A stretch of DNA of 64,000 nt from Bacillota bacterium (GCA_009780375.1 WRAD01000001.1:48228-112227); one strand, 5' to 3'. Positions 9,489-19,172 are shown, counted from the stretch's first letter. Notes: a model not told the origin generated them from the sequence alone. Program-made: numbers and translations.

Positions 9489-11141
9489 CTAGACATTAAA
9501 GAGTAATATAGCAAATCCATAAATTGCAAAACTTATTCCCGCAAGCGAGTAACGAATGGTTTTCTTCTCGATAAAAATAAATCTAGACAACAGAAAAAGA
9601 CCAATAAAATAGAATAAAAACCAATAACCATTTATGTTAAATGCAACCTGGGCATTTATTGAACTTATCCAATTTGTTGCATGAATAACACCGCGAGTAA
9701 AAATATCTGCCCAATATAATAAAGGCGAACCAATAAAAGTAACAAGAGCAATAACCGATAATTTGAATGCAATCACCAAAAGAGGAAGCAAGAATAAATT
9801 TGTAAGAATACTGAATGCAGGATATGCACCAAAATACAAAACTATAAATGGGAATACCGCAACAGATGTACTTAAATCAAGTGCAATTGTTCCCGATATA
9901 AATTTTCTAAACCATTGTATCCACTTTTTTTGTGCATTCTCGTTTTTCCCAAAGCACAAGACCTTGTTACAAAAACGATATAGAGGTCGGTACAAAAGTG
10001 CAATCCCAATCATACATCCAAAAGTCAATTGAAATGATACAGACATAATTGAAAATGGAAACAAAACAAGTACAATTACCATCGCCATGCAAATAGAGGA
10101 AAATAAATCAACTCGCCGTACAAATAACCTATTAAAAACCATCACAAGAAACATAATGGCGGCACGCATAATTGAATATCGAAAATCCGCAAGAAACAAA
10201 TAAAGTAACAGTGTACAAAAAATTATAAAGAATTGAGGCTTTTTTGGCATTTTTAAAATATGCATAACACCAACAAGCAATCCAACGACCATACCTACAT
10301 GAAGTCCACTGACCGCCAGAACATGTGCAAGACCTGTTGCCGAAAAACTTTCTCTAATATCAGAATCTAAACTTGATCTGTCGCCAAACAACATAGAGTA
10401 CATGAGAGTTGCACTTTGTTCACTCATATGACGATTGAAATAGTTATAGGTATACCTCATAACACTCATTCTTGCATCTGAACTGCTCCCATGAAATATT
10501 AAACCTCTTCCACGATGTGATGTGGTGTATCTGATTCGGTTGTTAACATTAAATGGACTTGAATTACTTGCAGATAAAGTTGTATTAAGACTTACAACAG
10601 TACCAAAGCCAAGACTCCTAAGCGATTCTAATACTTCCTCGTCCTGGGCCGTTAAATTCACCCGAACACGCCCGGTGATTCTTTGCCCCATAAACGTTGC
10701 ATTGTTCAAAACAATATTTGCCCTTCCTTCATCCAAAAAAGTATCATCTCGAATTGTAAATGATGTAATTGTGCCGCGAAGTTGTCCTTCGCCTATAAAA
10801 CTTCTTTGGTTTTCAAAAACAACTTGTGTTACTCCAAATGAAATTATTACCGCCAAACATAATAACAACGTAGACGCAAAAAATATCTTTGATGAACCAA
10901 TTGCCTTTAAACACGTTCCCCGAAAACCTTTCTTGTTATTCCAAGCATTCATTGCAACAAAAAATAAAATAAGTAAGCCAATCCACACAAATACAAGCCA
11001 AAACCCAACGTCTCTTGAAATCATACAAATAATAACGGTTAATCCAACAAACAGTGCAAAAAAACATACAGGACGAAAATTAACCAATTGCCTGTTTTTG
11101 CAAATTTTATCATTTTTTGTCACAATATCATTGTACAACAA
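9489..11141 (-). CDS. comEC: ComEC/Rec2 competence channel protein lacking the C-terminal MBL domain
   Basis: Polytopic membrane protein with an N-terminal OB/DUF4131-like insert and the competence-domain motif GLAHVLAVSGLHVG. It ends after the TM core, with no HxHxDH region. TTG start. Confidence 0.85.
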   Translation of the reverse strand: MLYNDIVTKNDKICKNRQLVNFRPVCFFALFVGLTVIICMISRDVGFWLVFVWIGLLILFFVAMNAWNNKKGFRGTCLKAIGSSKIFFASTLLLCLAVIISFGVTQVVFENQRSFIGEGQLRGTITSFTIRDDTFLDEGRANIVLNNATFMGQRITGRVRVNLTAQDEEVLESLRSLGFGTVVSLNTTLSASNSSPFNVNNRIRYTTSHRGRGLIFHGSSSDARMSVMRYTYNYFNRHMSEQSATLMYSMLFGDRSSLDSDIRESFSATGLAHVLAVSGLHVGMVVGLLVGVMHILKMPKKPQFFIIFCTLLLYLFLADFRYSIMRAAIMFLVMVFNRLFVRRVDLFSSICMAMVIVLVLFPFSIMSVSFQLTFGCMIGIALLYRPLYRFCNKVLCFGKNENAQKKWIQWFRKFISGTIALDLSTSVAVFPFIVLYFGAYPAFSILTNLFLLPLLVIAFKLSVIALVTFIGSPLLYWADIFTRGVIHATNWISSINAQVAFNINGYWFLFYFIGLFLLSRFIFIEKKTIRYSLAGISFAIYGFAILLFNV

Positions 11142-11176
11142 TTTTAGATATGAATTATCACATTGTTAATTAATGA

Positions 11177-11185
11177 TGCTATACT
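11177..11185 (+). promoter_or_regulatory. Extended -10 (TGcTATACT) 8 nt upstream of the holB ATG
   Basis: Sequence ATGCTATACTGGGTTtaaATG. The same ATGCTATACTGGGTT string is found upstream of folD. Confidence 0.55.
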
Positions 11186-11193
11186 GGGTTTAA

Positions 11194-11919
11194 ATGATTT
11201 ACACGAATGAAATACTTGATAAAGATTTGGCAACAAACAATTTATCGCAATCTTATTTATTGGTCTCGTTTGATATTTTATATCTTGAGGAAATTGCAAA
11301 AAGATTTTCAAAAAATTTTAATATCGCAGATGTATTCTGGCTAAGGCCAAAAGATGGAGGGAAGAGTATCTCTGTCGAACAAGTAATTGCATTTAATGAA
11401 AATGTACATTTGGCGGCGATTGGATTTAAAAAATTACTTGTTATAAGTGATTTTTCAGCAATGACAATCCAAGCACAAAATAAAATGTTAAAAGTTCTTG
11501 AAGATATACGAAATGACAGTGTATTTTTATTACTTGCAAGTAATCCTGACAGAGTTATTAACACAATTAAAAGTCGCTGTGTAATTTTATATCAACAAGA
11601 ATTAAAAGGGGCAAGTTTATATGAACAAGACTTGTTCACAAATAACAAAGCAACTGCTGAAATTTTCGAAAGTGCAAAAGCGTTATTCGTATCTAAAGAT
11701 TTGAACGAGGCATTGCCACATATTGTTGTGCTTGGCAACAAGGACAATTTTAAAATAGCACTAATTGCCCTTTCAAAACAGGTGTCGCTTATGGATTTAA
11801 AAGCACCAAAGACATATCGTCTTATGTCTGCGTTGTCAGAAATAAATCGTAATGTCGAGGCAAACTGTAATCCGACAAACGCACTTGATCTTCTTGTAAT
11901 TGAATTATTCCAATGCTAG
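11194..11919 (+). CDS. holB: DNA polymerase III delta-prime subunit (short form)
   Basis: AQNKMLKVLEDIRNDSVFLLLASNPDRVINTIKSRC matches the clamp-loader sensor region (..LLKtLEEP..TI.SRC). The P-loop is degenerate, as is typical of delta-prime. Confidence 0.7.
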   Translation: MIYTNEILDKDLATNNLSQSYLLVSFDILYLEEIAKRFSKNFNIADVFWLRPKDGGKSISVEQVIAFNENVHLAAIGFKKLLVISDFSAMTIQAQNKMLKVLEDIRNDSVFLLLASNPDRVINTIKSRCVILYQQELKGASLYEQDLFTNNKATAEIFESAKALFVSKDLNEALPHIVVLGNKDNFKIALIALSKQVSLMDLKAPKTYRLMSALSEINRNVEANCNPTNALDLLVIELFQC

Positions 11920-11959
11920 ACATTCTTTGAATTTGCTCTATTTCTTTTTTGGAATTTTG

Positions 11960-11968
11960 TGCTATACT
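11960..11968 (+). promoter_or_regulatory. Extended -10 (TGcTATACT) 5 nt upstream of the ricT ATG
   Basis: Sequence TGCTATACTtgcacATG, with no SD. Confidence 0.55.
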
Positions 11969-11973
11969 TGCAC

Positions 11974-12795
11974 ATGACAAAAGTTGTAAATATAAGGATC
12001 GGGGACAACAACCCGCCTGTGAAATATGATACCAAAATTGATCTTGCCCCAGAAGATTTTGTTGTTGTCGAATCACCAAATGGTGCCGAATGGGGCGTGG
12101 TAGACACAAATCCATATGAACAAAAAACAAGTGGTCAAAATTATCTTGTAATTCGAAAAGCAGACGATAATGACATGAAAACAATAAAACTTCGTCAAAA
12201 TGATGCAAAAAATGCGGTAAAAGTTGCCACCGACAGAATTGAAAAATACAAGCTTGATATGAAATTACTTAACGCAACATATACCTTTGATGGTGGCAAA
12301 GTTATAATCCAGTTTTCGTCACCTGGGCGTGTTGATTTCAGAGAACTTGTCAAAGATTTGGCCTACAGCCTTAAAACAAGAATCGAATTAAAACAAGTAG
12401 GATCTAGAGACGAAGTTAAAACTTTTGGTGCACTAGGTGGTTGTGGGCAAGTGTGTTGTTGTGTAAGATTCAAACAAGATTTTGAAAATATTACGATTAA
12501 AATGGCAAAGACACAAGGACTAAGTCTTAATCCGCAAAAGATTAATGGGATGTGCGGACGATTGCTTTGTTGTTTGAATTATGAAAATGCACATTACATT
12601 GAAACCGCCGAAAGGATGCCAAAATATGGGCAAGAAGTACAAACGCCCGATGGCAAAGGAATTGCACAAGGACATAATGCAATTAAAGAAACGGTAGATG
12701 TAAAGTTCCATAAAGATGGCGTCTTCAGAACAGAATGTTTCAGGGCATGCGATGTAAAATGCGGTGGGTGTCGCAAGCATGAAGAAAATATTTAG
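11974..12795 (+). CDS. ricT: PSP1-domain protein (YaaT/RicT, stage 0 sporulation-type regulator)
   Basis: PSP1 C-terminal signature with Cys clusters (GGCGQVCCCV, CGRLLCCLNYE). Sits downstream of holB, as in Bacillus. Confidence 0.85.
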   Translation: MTKVVNIRIGDNNPPVKYDTKIDLAPEDFVVVESPNGAEWGVVDTNPYEQKTSGQNYLVIRKADDNDMKTIKLRQNDAKNAVKVATDRIEKYKLDMKLLNATYTFDGGKVIIQFSSPGRVDFRELVKDLAYSLKTRIELKQVGSRDEVKTFGALGGCGQVCCCVRFKQDFENITIKMAKTQGLSLNPQKINGMCGRLLCCLNYENAHYIETAERMPKYGQEVQTPDGKGIAQGHNAIKETVDVKFHKDGVFRTECFRACDVKCGGCRKHEENI

Positions 12796-12835
12796 AGGCA
12801 TGGTTAATTAACAAATGTGTTAAACTCTTGATAAG

Positions 12836-13321
12836 ATGAAACAGGTAATTATCATAAATGGAAATTGTGGTGTCGGAAAAGACACAATGATTGAATTCGC
12901 CAAAAGAAAATTCAAAATACGAAATGTCTCAAGTATTGACCCTATAAAAGAAATTGCACGCATTGGTGGTTGGCGTGAAAAAGACGAAAAGGGCAGACGA
13001 CTTCTTGTAAACCTTAAAGAATTATTCATAGAATTTAATGATCTTCCAACAAATTACTTGATAAAACAATATAACCAGTTTCTTAAAAGTGATGAACATC
13101 TCATGTTTGCACATATACGTGAACCTGAAGAAATAGACAAGTTTAAAAAAATTTCTCAAGCAAAAACACTTTTAATAACGCGAAGTCAATCTGCTGCAAT
13201 TGACTGTGGACGAAATAATGTAAAGTATACATATGACTTTCTGTTTGCAAATGATGGTGATACTATAAGTGAAAATGGTGAAAATTTTATAAAATTCCTA
13301 TTTGAGTGCTTATTCAAGTGA
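12836..13321 (+). CDS. Small P-loop NTPase/kinase-like protein
   Basis: Walker A GNCGVGKDT near the N-terminus, 161 aa. TGtTAAACT box 9 nt upstream. Confidence 0.55.
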   Translation: MKQVIIINGNCGVGKDTMIEFAKRKFKIRNVSSIDPIKEIARIGGWREKDEKGRRLLVNLKELFIEFNDLPTNYLIKQYNQFLKSDEHLMFAHIREPEEIDKFKKISQAKTLLITRSQSAAIDCGRNNVKYTYDFLFANDGDTISENGENFIKFLFECLFK

Positions 13322-14713
13322 TAATTTTTCAAAATCCTTTTTTGTATAAGAATATCCTGAATAAATTATAATTGCAATCGCCGCACTTATTGTAACTCCA
13401 CCAATAAGTAACCATCCAAGCCAGTTTTGTACCGACATGCTCTGTGTTGTTTGGTTTCCTCTAAAGCCAATGATGTCAAGGCTTACCCCTATTGTAAACA
13501 AAATAAAAGCATTTGAAATCTTTGTGCAAAAGGTCAAAAATGCCGCACTTATCGCTGTTTTATCTTGGCCTGTACGTTTTCTCTCAAGTTCAATGCAATC
13601 TGCAAACATTGAAATAGGTAAACTGTATAAACAACCGGTACCAATTCCACAGAATAAAATTGTCAAAATTACAAGAGGAAGTACAGCGGCAGATGGAACA
13701 GAATTCCGGAATGCGAGAACAAAGCCAAATATAATCATGCCCAGAATTATGATGAAAAGTGATGATTTCAAAGCAACGATTTTATCGGTTCGTTTTGCAA
13801 TATAGAACCAAAGCGGTTGACCTGCAATTATTCCTGTTATAAGTGCAATCATGATGAAAGGTATTTGAAGTGTAGAAAAATGAAAAGTATAAGTAAAAAT
13901 ATGCATACCAAGGCTTGTTAAGAATGCCCCTGCACTTAGACTTATCGCATATCCAAGAATCAATCGACCAACATTTTTTTGGCGCATGACAGAGAAAAAA
14001 TCGCCATGAATTGTGGTTTTCTTTTTTGCGTTTGGTGTTAACGTTTTAACGGGTTGTAAAGTATCACTCTCGACTTCAGATTGATGTCGATGCTTGTACG
14101 TTCCCCAAAACATAAGCAATCCACAAACCACACAAAGAATGCTTGTCACAATCGCAATCTGTATAAATCCATTGCTTGAATTTGTTGCCCGGGCATCGGA
14201 CAAAAATACACTCATAAGTACTGATGGGACAACAAGGGCAAGAAAACTGAATGTTGTCTTGTATCCTTGTATAGCTGTTCTGTCTTCATACGTTTTACTT
14301 AGATCAAGTCCAAGTGCCTGGTACGGCGTAGAATACGTTGTGTTAAATGTTTCAATGACAAGAAGCAATACAAATAACAAAGAAAATTTTGCCCACAACC
14401 CCATGTCGGGCGATATTGACCAAATTAAAACGTTAGTAATTGCAACCGCTATGCACCCAAATAAAATAAATCCGTGTCGCTTTCCAAATCGTTTGCTTTT
14501 TATTTTATCACTGTAATACCCGACAAATGGATCGGTTGTCGCATCCCATACCGTAGATAATGCAATAGCAATACCCATAAGTGAGCCAGGGATACCCAAA
14601 AGCCCGGTTCCAAAAAACATTAAAAAACTTGAAAATGTCTGAGTTGTTGTACCATACCCAAACGCACCAAGCCCATAAAACAACTTTGTTTTTCTTGCAA
14701 GTGGTTTTGCCAT
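13310..14713 (-). CDS. MFS transporter of the GPH (glycoside-pentoside-hexuronide:cation symporter) type
   Basis: About 12 TM segments. The N-terminal motif DATTDPFVGYYSDKIKSKRFGKRHGFIL is typical of MelB/GPH family loop 2-3. Confidence 0.8.
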   Translation of the reverse strand: MAKPLARKTKLFYGLGAFGYGTTTQTFSSFLMFFGTGLLGIPGSLMGIAIALSTVWDATTDPFVGYYSDKIKSKRFGKRHGFILFGCIAVAITNVLIWSISPDMGLWAKFSLLFVLLLVIETFNTTYSTPYQALGLDLSKTYEDRTAIQGYKTTFSFLALVVPSVLMSVFLSDARATNSSNGFIQIAIVTSILCVVCGLLMFWGTYKHRHQSEVESDTLQPVKTLTPNAKKKTTIHGDFFSVMRQKNVGRLILGYAISLSAGAFLTSLGMHIFTYTFHFSTLQIPFIMIALITGIIAGQPLWFYIAKRTDKIVALKSSLFIIILGMIIFGFVLAFRNSVPSAAVLPLVILTILFCGIGTGCLYSLPISMFADCIELERKRTGQDKTAISAAFLTFCTKISNAFILFTIGVSLDIIGFRGNQTTQSMSVQNWLGWLLIGGVTISAAIAIIIYSGYSYTKKDFEKLSLE

Positions 14714-14749
14714 TCACTATGCTTATGCAAAGATGTGTTTAATTTTGAA

Positions 14750-15469
14750 TTATTTAATGCCCCTTTGCCTATTTATTTCATAAAGAACCATTGCGGTTGC
14801 GGTTGCCACATTTAAACTGTTTACCCGACCAAACATAGGCACAGAAACAACATTGTCTACAAGTGACTTTGTAAGATGCCTGACTCCTGTATTTTCACCA
14901 CCCATAACAAGGGCAATTGGACCTGTCAAGTTGTTTTGTGCAACGTTCACCCCTCCCATATCTGCCGCATAAACCCAGAATCCTTTTTGCTTTAAATGCT
15001 CAATCTCTTGATTAATATTTGTCACTTTTGCAATTTTCACATGATTCGCGGCCCCCGCACTTACACGAATAACCGTTTCATTGACACTCGCCGCCCGATT
15101 TTTCCCAATGATTATCCCATCAACGCCCATACATTCGGCGGTGCGAATTATATTGCCAAGATTATGTGGATCTTCAACACCATCCAAAATGACTAATAAT
15201 GGTTGCCGTGGATTTCCTTTGGATCCTTGTAAAATTTCAGATAATGTAAAATATTTATAATCTGTCACAAAAGCGATAAAACCTTGATGATTCTTTGTTT
15301 TACTAAGTCTGTCAAGTGCGACTTTGTCAACGAACTGGTACTGGATACCACTTGATTTTATTTTTGAAACAAGGTCGTTATGCCCGGTTCCCTTGAACAT
15401 CATTATTTTTTCAATTGTCGCATTGCTTGCAAGTAATTCTTCGACCGCATTTTTTCCTTCAACTAACAT
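14750..15469 (-). CDS. rlmB: SpoU/TrmH-family 23S rRNA 2'-O-ribose methyltransferase (RlmB-like)
   Basis: N-terminal substrate-binding region plus SpoU motifs (DGVEDPHNLGNIIRTA, LVMGGENTGV, NSLNVATA). Confidence 0.85.
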   Translation of the reverse strand: MLVEGKNAVEELLASNATIEKIMMFKGTGHNDLVSKIKSSGIQYQFVDKVALDRLSKTKNHQGFIAFVTDYKYFTLSEILQGSKGNPRQPLLVILDGVEDPHNLGNIIRTAECMGVDGIIIGKNRAASVNETVIRVSAGAANHVKIAKVTNINQEIEHLKQKGFWVYAADMGGVNVAQNNLTGPIALVMGGENTGVRHLTKSLVDNVVSVPMFGRVNSLNVATATAMVLYEINRQRGIK

Positions 15470-15475
15470 AGTTTT

Positions 15476-15484
15476 ATTATACCA
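15476..15484 (-). promoter_or_regulatory. Extended -10 (TGgTATAAT) 6 nt upstream of the rlmB ATG
   Basis: Minus strand reads CGTGGTATAATaaaactATG. Confidence 0.55.
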
Positions 15485-15498
15485 CGTACCAGACTCTT

Positions 15499-15858
15499 TT
15501 AAATCTTAATTAAATCAATTGCCCGTTTTTCGTTGCCAGTTAGCACGTTGAACCCAATCACCGATTCTAGTGCCGTTGCCTTTTTATATTCTGCCAGTGA
15601 GCAACTTGACGGTACAGTATTCACACTCGCATTTCTTGCCCTGTTTGCAATATCTTTTTCAACATCACTCAAGCCTTCAAAGATTTTGTCAAATAATTCT
15701 GCCTGTGCCTTTGCACAAACAATTTTACTTGCCATATCATGTAACTTTGCAACTTTGAAGCCGTTTGCTGCAAGTTCCTTTCTTATAACTAAACTCATAT
15801 ATGCATCCCCAACAAACGCAAGTACAAGAACATTCTTATTCGCAATTTCTTTTTCCAT
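15499..15858 (-). CDS. mrnC: Mini-ribonuclease 3
   Basis: LAFVGDAYMSLVIRKEL matches the RNase III-like catalytic helix of Mini-III. About 120 aa after moving the start to M32 of the track ORF; the N-terminal extension runs through a promoter. Confidence 0.8.
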   Translation of the reverse strand: MEKEIANKNVLVLAFVGDAYMSLVIRKELAANGFKVAKLHDMASKIVCAKAQAELFDKIFEGLSDVEKDIANRARNASVNTVPSSCSLAEYKKATALESVIGFNVLTGNEKRAIDLIKI

Positions 15859-15863
15859 AAGCA

Positions 15864-15872
15864 AGTATATCA
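15864..15872 (-). promoter_or_regulatory. Extended -10 (TGaTATACT) 5 nt upstream of the mrnC ATG
   Basis: Minus strand reads GTGATATACTtgcttATG. Confidence 0.55.
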
Positions 15873-15898
15873 CTTTTTTAAAAGCATAAATATAAAAC

Positions 15899-16642
15899 AT
15901 GAACCTTGTACGAATTATATTTGAATTAAGCACACCAATGATTCTAAACAATGAACTTACCGTGTCAACATATCCTTTTGCAATTGATTATCCAAAAGAT
16001 ACCGATATTGTAATAGATAACATGTCTGAACGATTTATATTTAACACACGTAATGTCACCGATGACAATGCATCAAAATATTGGGACATTATTCAAATTA
16101 ACAAAGAGCTCATAGTCTTGCGCTCACATAAAGACACAAATAAAAAAATCAACATAGAAAATACAAGTTCTCATTTTATTTTCCCCAAACGCTATATTGT
16201 TGAACTTGGGAACGATGAAAAGGTAACATATTTCACAATATACAGTAAACAAACCGACAAAGTGGCAATCAATCTGGGCACAGTTGCAATTAATCCAGGT
16301 GTTATGCTTGAGAGAAATACCATAATATTACGAAGTGACAATATCTCGTTTACATATGACCCTGTGCAAAACAAAGTTCTTGAACATAAAATATTTTTAC
16401 ATCAATCATCGCCTCTTCCATTTCGATTTTTGCAACATCTGAAAAACAAAGACCTACTGGAAGCACAAAAACTTCTTGCTTTTAAAATAAATTTGGAAAA
16501 ACTTGAATCTTATTTTGGTAACTTTGAAATCATACTTAATAATTATCTAAACCAAGAAAATCTTGTCACTGTAAAAACAAACGGTGAAATTAAAACGCTG
16601 CACTTTGAAATTAAAGATAACTTGATTCAAAATATACAATAG
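15899..16642 (+). CDS. Hypothetical protein
   Basis: Uninterrupted 247-aa ORF with no competing ORF. I recognise no motif. Confidence 0.5.
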   Translation: MNLVRIIFELSTPMILNNELTVSTYPFAIDYPKDTDIVIDNMSERFIFNTRNVTDDNASKYWDIIQINKELIVLRSHKDTNKKINIENTSSHFIFPKRYIVELGNDEKVTYFTIYSKQTDKVAINLGTVAINPGVMLERNTIILRSDNISFTYDPVQNKVLEHKIFLHQSSPLPFRFLQHLKNKDLLEAQKLLAFKINLEKLESYFGNFEIILNNYLNQENLVTVKTNGEIKTLHFEIKDNLIQNIQ

Positions 16643-16653
16643 AGGGCAATTAT

Positions 16654-16780
16654 AAAAAGCCGTCAAGGGTGTGACGGCAAAAAAACATTCAAAATATATA
16701 ATAAAAGATATATAGAAAACTTTGGCGGGGTTTTATGCCTTACGGGAGATTAATTTCGCCATGCACTTGACGGCTTTTTT
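16654..16780 (+). other. Long-range inverted repeat enclosing about 98 nt, with a competing local hairpin and a T-run
   Basis: AAAAAGCCGTCAAG (16654-16667) is complementary to CTTGACGGCTTTTT (16766-16779). TGACGGC at 16672-16678 can alternatively pair with the first arm. Confidence 0.5.
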
Positions 16781-16801
16781 CTTGTGTGCTATCAGAAAAC
16801 A

Positions 16802-16810
16802 TGATAAAAT
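16802..16810 (+). promoter_or_regulatory. Extended -10 (TGaTAAAAT) 6 nt upstream of the NUDIX gene ATG
   Basis: Sequence ATGATAAAATactgacATG. Confidence 0.5.
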
Positions 16811-16816
16811 ACTGAC

Positions 16817-17323
16817 ATGAAATTGTTGAAAGAAATATGTCAAGACCCACAGGTTAAATGTGATAAGTATGGAATACGCAAAACTGCTCGTGCTATTTTG
16901 CTGAATGACAAGAATGAGATTCTTTTATTACACGCAAGAAATGGTAATTGGTATGAATTGATAGGCGGTGGCATCGATGATGGTGAAACACTGGAACAAG
17001 CACTTCACCGTGAGTGTTTAGAAGAAGCAGGAGCAAAAATCAAAGTGTTGGGCGAAGTTGGTGTAACTCTTGAATTCAGAAACACACAACAGAGATTGAA
17101 AATAAATCATTGTTATGTCGCAAAAATACTTGGTGAACTTGGGGCAACTAATATGACTGACGAAGAAATCCGTGACGATTTTGTTTTGGAATTTCATTCA
17201 TTGGATAAAGCAATAGAACTTTTGAAAAGTGCAAAACCTTTTGGAGAACAGGAATTATTAGGAAAATTCATGATTGCTAGTGAGTTGGCATTTTTAGAAG
17301 AATACAAAAAGAGGGCAAAATGA
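16817..17323 (+). CDS. NUDIX hydrolase
   Basis: Nudix box GGGIDDGETLEQALHRECLEEAGA (GX5EX7REUXEEXGU). Confidence 0.85.
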   Translation: MKLLKEICQDPQVKCDKYGIRKTARAILLNDKNEILLLHARNGNWYELIGGGIDDGETLEQALHRECLEEAGAKIKVLGEVGVTLEFRNTQQRLKINHCYVAKILGELGATNMTDEEIRDDFVLEFHSLDKAIELLKSAKPFGEQELLGKFMIASELAFLEEYKKRAK

Positions 17324-18078
17324 AAACATCTTTGATACGATTTTTAACAAGTGACAACTTGCGATTAGACGGTCTACTATTTGAACCGAACATAAAAACA
17401 AGTAAAATTGTTATCCATGTTCACGGAACATCGGGTGACTTTTTTAGCAATAAATTCATTGATGTATTTGCGGAAAAATTAACGGCGAAAGGCATAGCAT
17501 TTTTGACATTCAATAATCGTGGTGCTTGTAACAATTATGAATTCCGCAAGGAAATTAACGGTAGGCGTGTCGATAAAGTTGAAATAGGTTCGGAAAACGA
17601 AATCTTTGAAGAAAGTAATCTTGATTTAATTTCTGCGGTTGATTTTGTCAAGAGCAAAGGGTTCACGGATATATCTTTACAAGGTCACAGTTACGGTTGT
17701 AACAAAGTTGTTTGGTATGCACAGGGTAATAATTTTAACGACAAGTTGATTTTGCTTGCCCCATGTGACTTGGTTGAATTAACCGAACAAGACAAACTTG
17801 ACCCAAAGAAAGCACAGGACATTGAAAACTGTGATATGTTCAAATATCGCAACGGACAACATAACCCTGTTTTGTCAAAAATTAAAGGTGGCATACTTGT
17901 TCAAATCGGAACTGATGATCCGTATATTTTGCAACCGAACAAACAAGATTGCCTTGATTATCTCAAAGTAACTTTCAAAAATTCTGATGTGGCTGGAAAC
18001 CTTATTGTCGGGGCAAATCACGGCTATGAAGAAAAATTTGACGAATTAGTGGATAATGTTGTGGCGTGGTTAGTATAA
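17320..18078 (+). CDS. Alpha/beta-fold hydrolase
   Basis: Nucleophile elbow GHSYG. ATGA overlap with the NUDIX gene suggests translational coupling. Confidence 0.7.
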   Translation: MKTSLIRFLTSDNLRLDGLLFEPNIKTSKIVIHVHGTSGDFFSNKFIDVFAEKLTAKGIAFLTFNNRGACNNYEFRKEINGRRVDKVEIGSENEIFEESNLDLISAVDFVKSKGFTDISLQGHSYGCNKVVWYAQGNNFNDKLILLAPCDLVELTEQDKLDPKKAQDIENCDMFKYRNGQHNPVLSKIKGGILVQIGTDDPYILQPNKQDCLDYLKVTFKNSDVAGNLIVGANHGYEEKFDELVDNVVAWLV

Positions 18079-18597
18079 TTCAAACTTGGTTATAGAACAA
18101 TTTTCCGTTCCTCGCTTATACTTTTTTCTGTTTTCGTCAAACTTGCAAAAATCAAAGGTGTCATGCTCCAAACAATATCCGATTGTCGAAATTATGCCCC
18201 TATGCGTGATTACCGCAACATTATCGACTTTGTTCGCTCTTAATTCTGAAAGAAAACTTTGTACACGGTCAAAAGCGTCTTTGAAAGATTGCTTGATTAA
18301 CTCGTTATATTTTTCTTGTTCCGCCTGTGTCAAATTATCAAGGTTTTTTATTGGGTGTTCCGCAATAATCGAAAATTCACGCAAGCGTGGGTCATATATA
18401 ACATCAACGCCGACAACCGCATTGACAATTTCCGTTGTTTGTCTTGCCCTTACAACATCTGACGAATAGATTTTGTCAATTCCCAGTTCTGTAACCCTTG
18501 GGGCAACCATCCTTGATTGTTCAATTCCAATTTCATTCAAAGGCACATTGCCTTTCTGACCGCCATCGGTTTTGCCGTGTCTTACAACATAAATCAT
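18070..18597 (-). CDS. Histidine phosphatase family protein (phosphoglycerate mutase-like)
   Basis: N-terminal RHG motif (MIYVVRHGKTD) and a downstream H in THRGII. AAGGGG SD upstream. Confidence 0.8.
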   Translation of the reverse strand: MIYVVRHGKTDGGQKGNVPLNEIGIEQSRMVAPRVTELGIDKIYSSDVVRARQTTEIVNAVVGVDVIYDPRLREFSIIAEHPIKNLDNLTQAEQEKYNELIKQSFKDAFDRVQSFLSELRANKVDNVAVITHRGIISTIGYCLEHDTFDFCKFDENRKKYKRGTENCSITKFELY

Positions 18598-18606
18598 ATT
18601 TGCCCC

Positions 18607-19023
18607 TTACTCTTTCATTTCTGCAATTATTTTATTCAAAGTTTTCTCGTCACAATCATTTGGCAAATCAATTTTTATTGCAAGTGGCCACGAAACATCG
18701 TGCCACGCTCTGCCGTGTCGCTCCTGCGTTTTGCTGTATCGGGGGAAAGCGTGAAAGTGAACAAATGGGTCTTTCATCATCAATGCTAGATAGTTGAACT
18801 TTTCCGCTCCGTAAAGTGATTTTGTTTTATTTTCAAACCATGCACAAACTTTTTGCAACTCGCCGCTTTCCGCCGTTGTCATTTCCGCAAGTGACGAAAT
18901 ATCCCTTTTCAAACAAAACACACACGCCCCAAGTGTCAAATGATTGTATCGTTGCAAAACAACCCAGTATTCAAAATCTTTTACAAGATACTTTTCGGGC
19001 GAAAAAACTTTCAAATGTTCCAT
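18607..19023 (-). CDS. HIT-like nucleotide hydrolase/transferase
   Basis: VHFHAFPRY resembles the HxHxHxxPR histidine triad, with the first His replaced. Start moved to M10 (MEHLKV) because of an extended -10 6 nt upstream. Confidence 0.55.
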   Translation of the reverse strand: MEHLKVFSPEKYLVKDFEYWVVLQRYNHLTLGACVFCLKRDISSLAEMTTAESGELQKVCAWFENKTKSLYGAEKFNYLALMMKDPFVHFHAFPRYSKTQERHGRAWHDVSWPLAIKIDLPNDCDEKTLNKIIAEMKE

Positions 19024-19029
19024 GCACCT

Positions 19030-19038
19030 ATAATACCA
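19030..19038 (-). promoter_or_regulatory. Extended -10 (TGgTATTAT) 6 nt upstream of the HIT-like gene ATG
   Basis: Minus strand reads GGTGGTATTATaggtgcATG. Confidence 0.5.
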
Positions 19039-19158
19039 CCGTTTTCGCATAGTGGCAAATTATTAGTTTAATTTTTCCGCAACTATTCTCGCTATCCCGA
19101 CAAACTCTGTCACGGCGTGGGTGTTCCATTATTTGCTTTGATAACGCAGAAGACAGTG

Positions 19159-19167
19159 TGTTATAAT
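19159..19167 (+). promoter_or_regulatory. Extended -10 (TGtTATAAT) 5 nt upstream of the sigma factor ATG
   Basis: Sequence GTGTGTTATAATaaaccATG. Confidence 0.55.
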
Positions 19168-19172
19168 AAACC

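Noticed and set aside
10522-11169. A 215-aa ORF antisense to comEC.
   Set aside because: The comEC frame carries recognisable competence-domain motifs. The antisense ORF has none and no start context.
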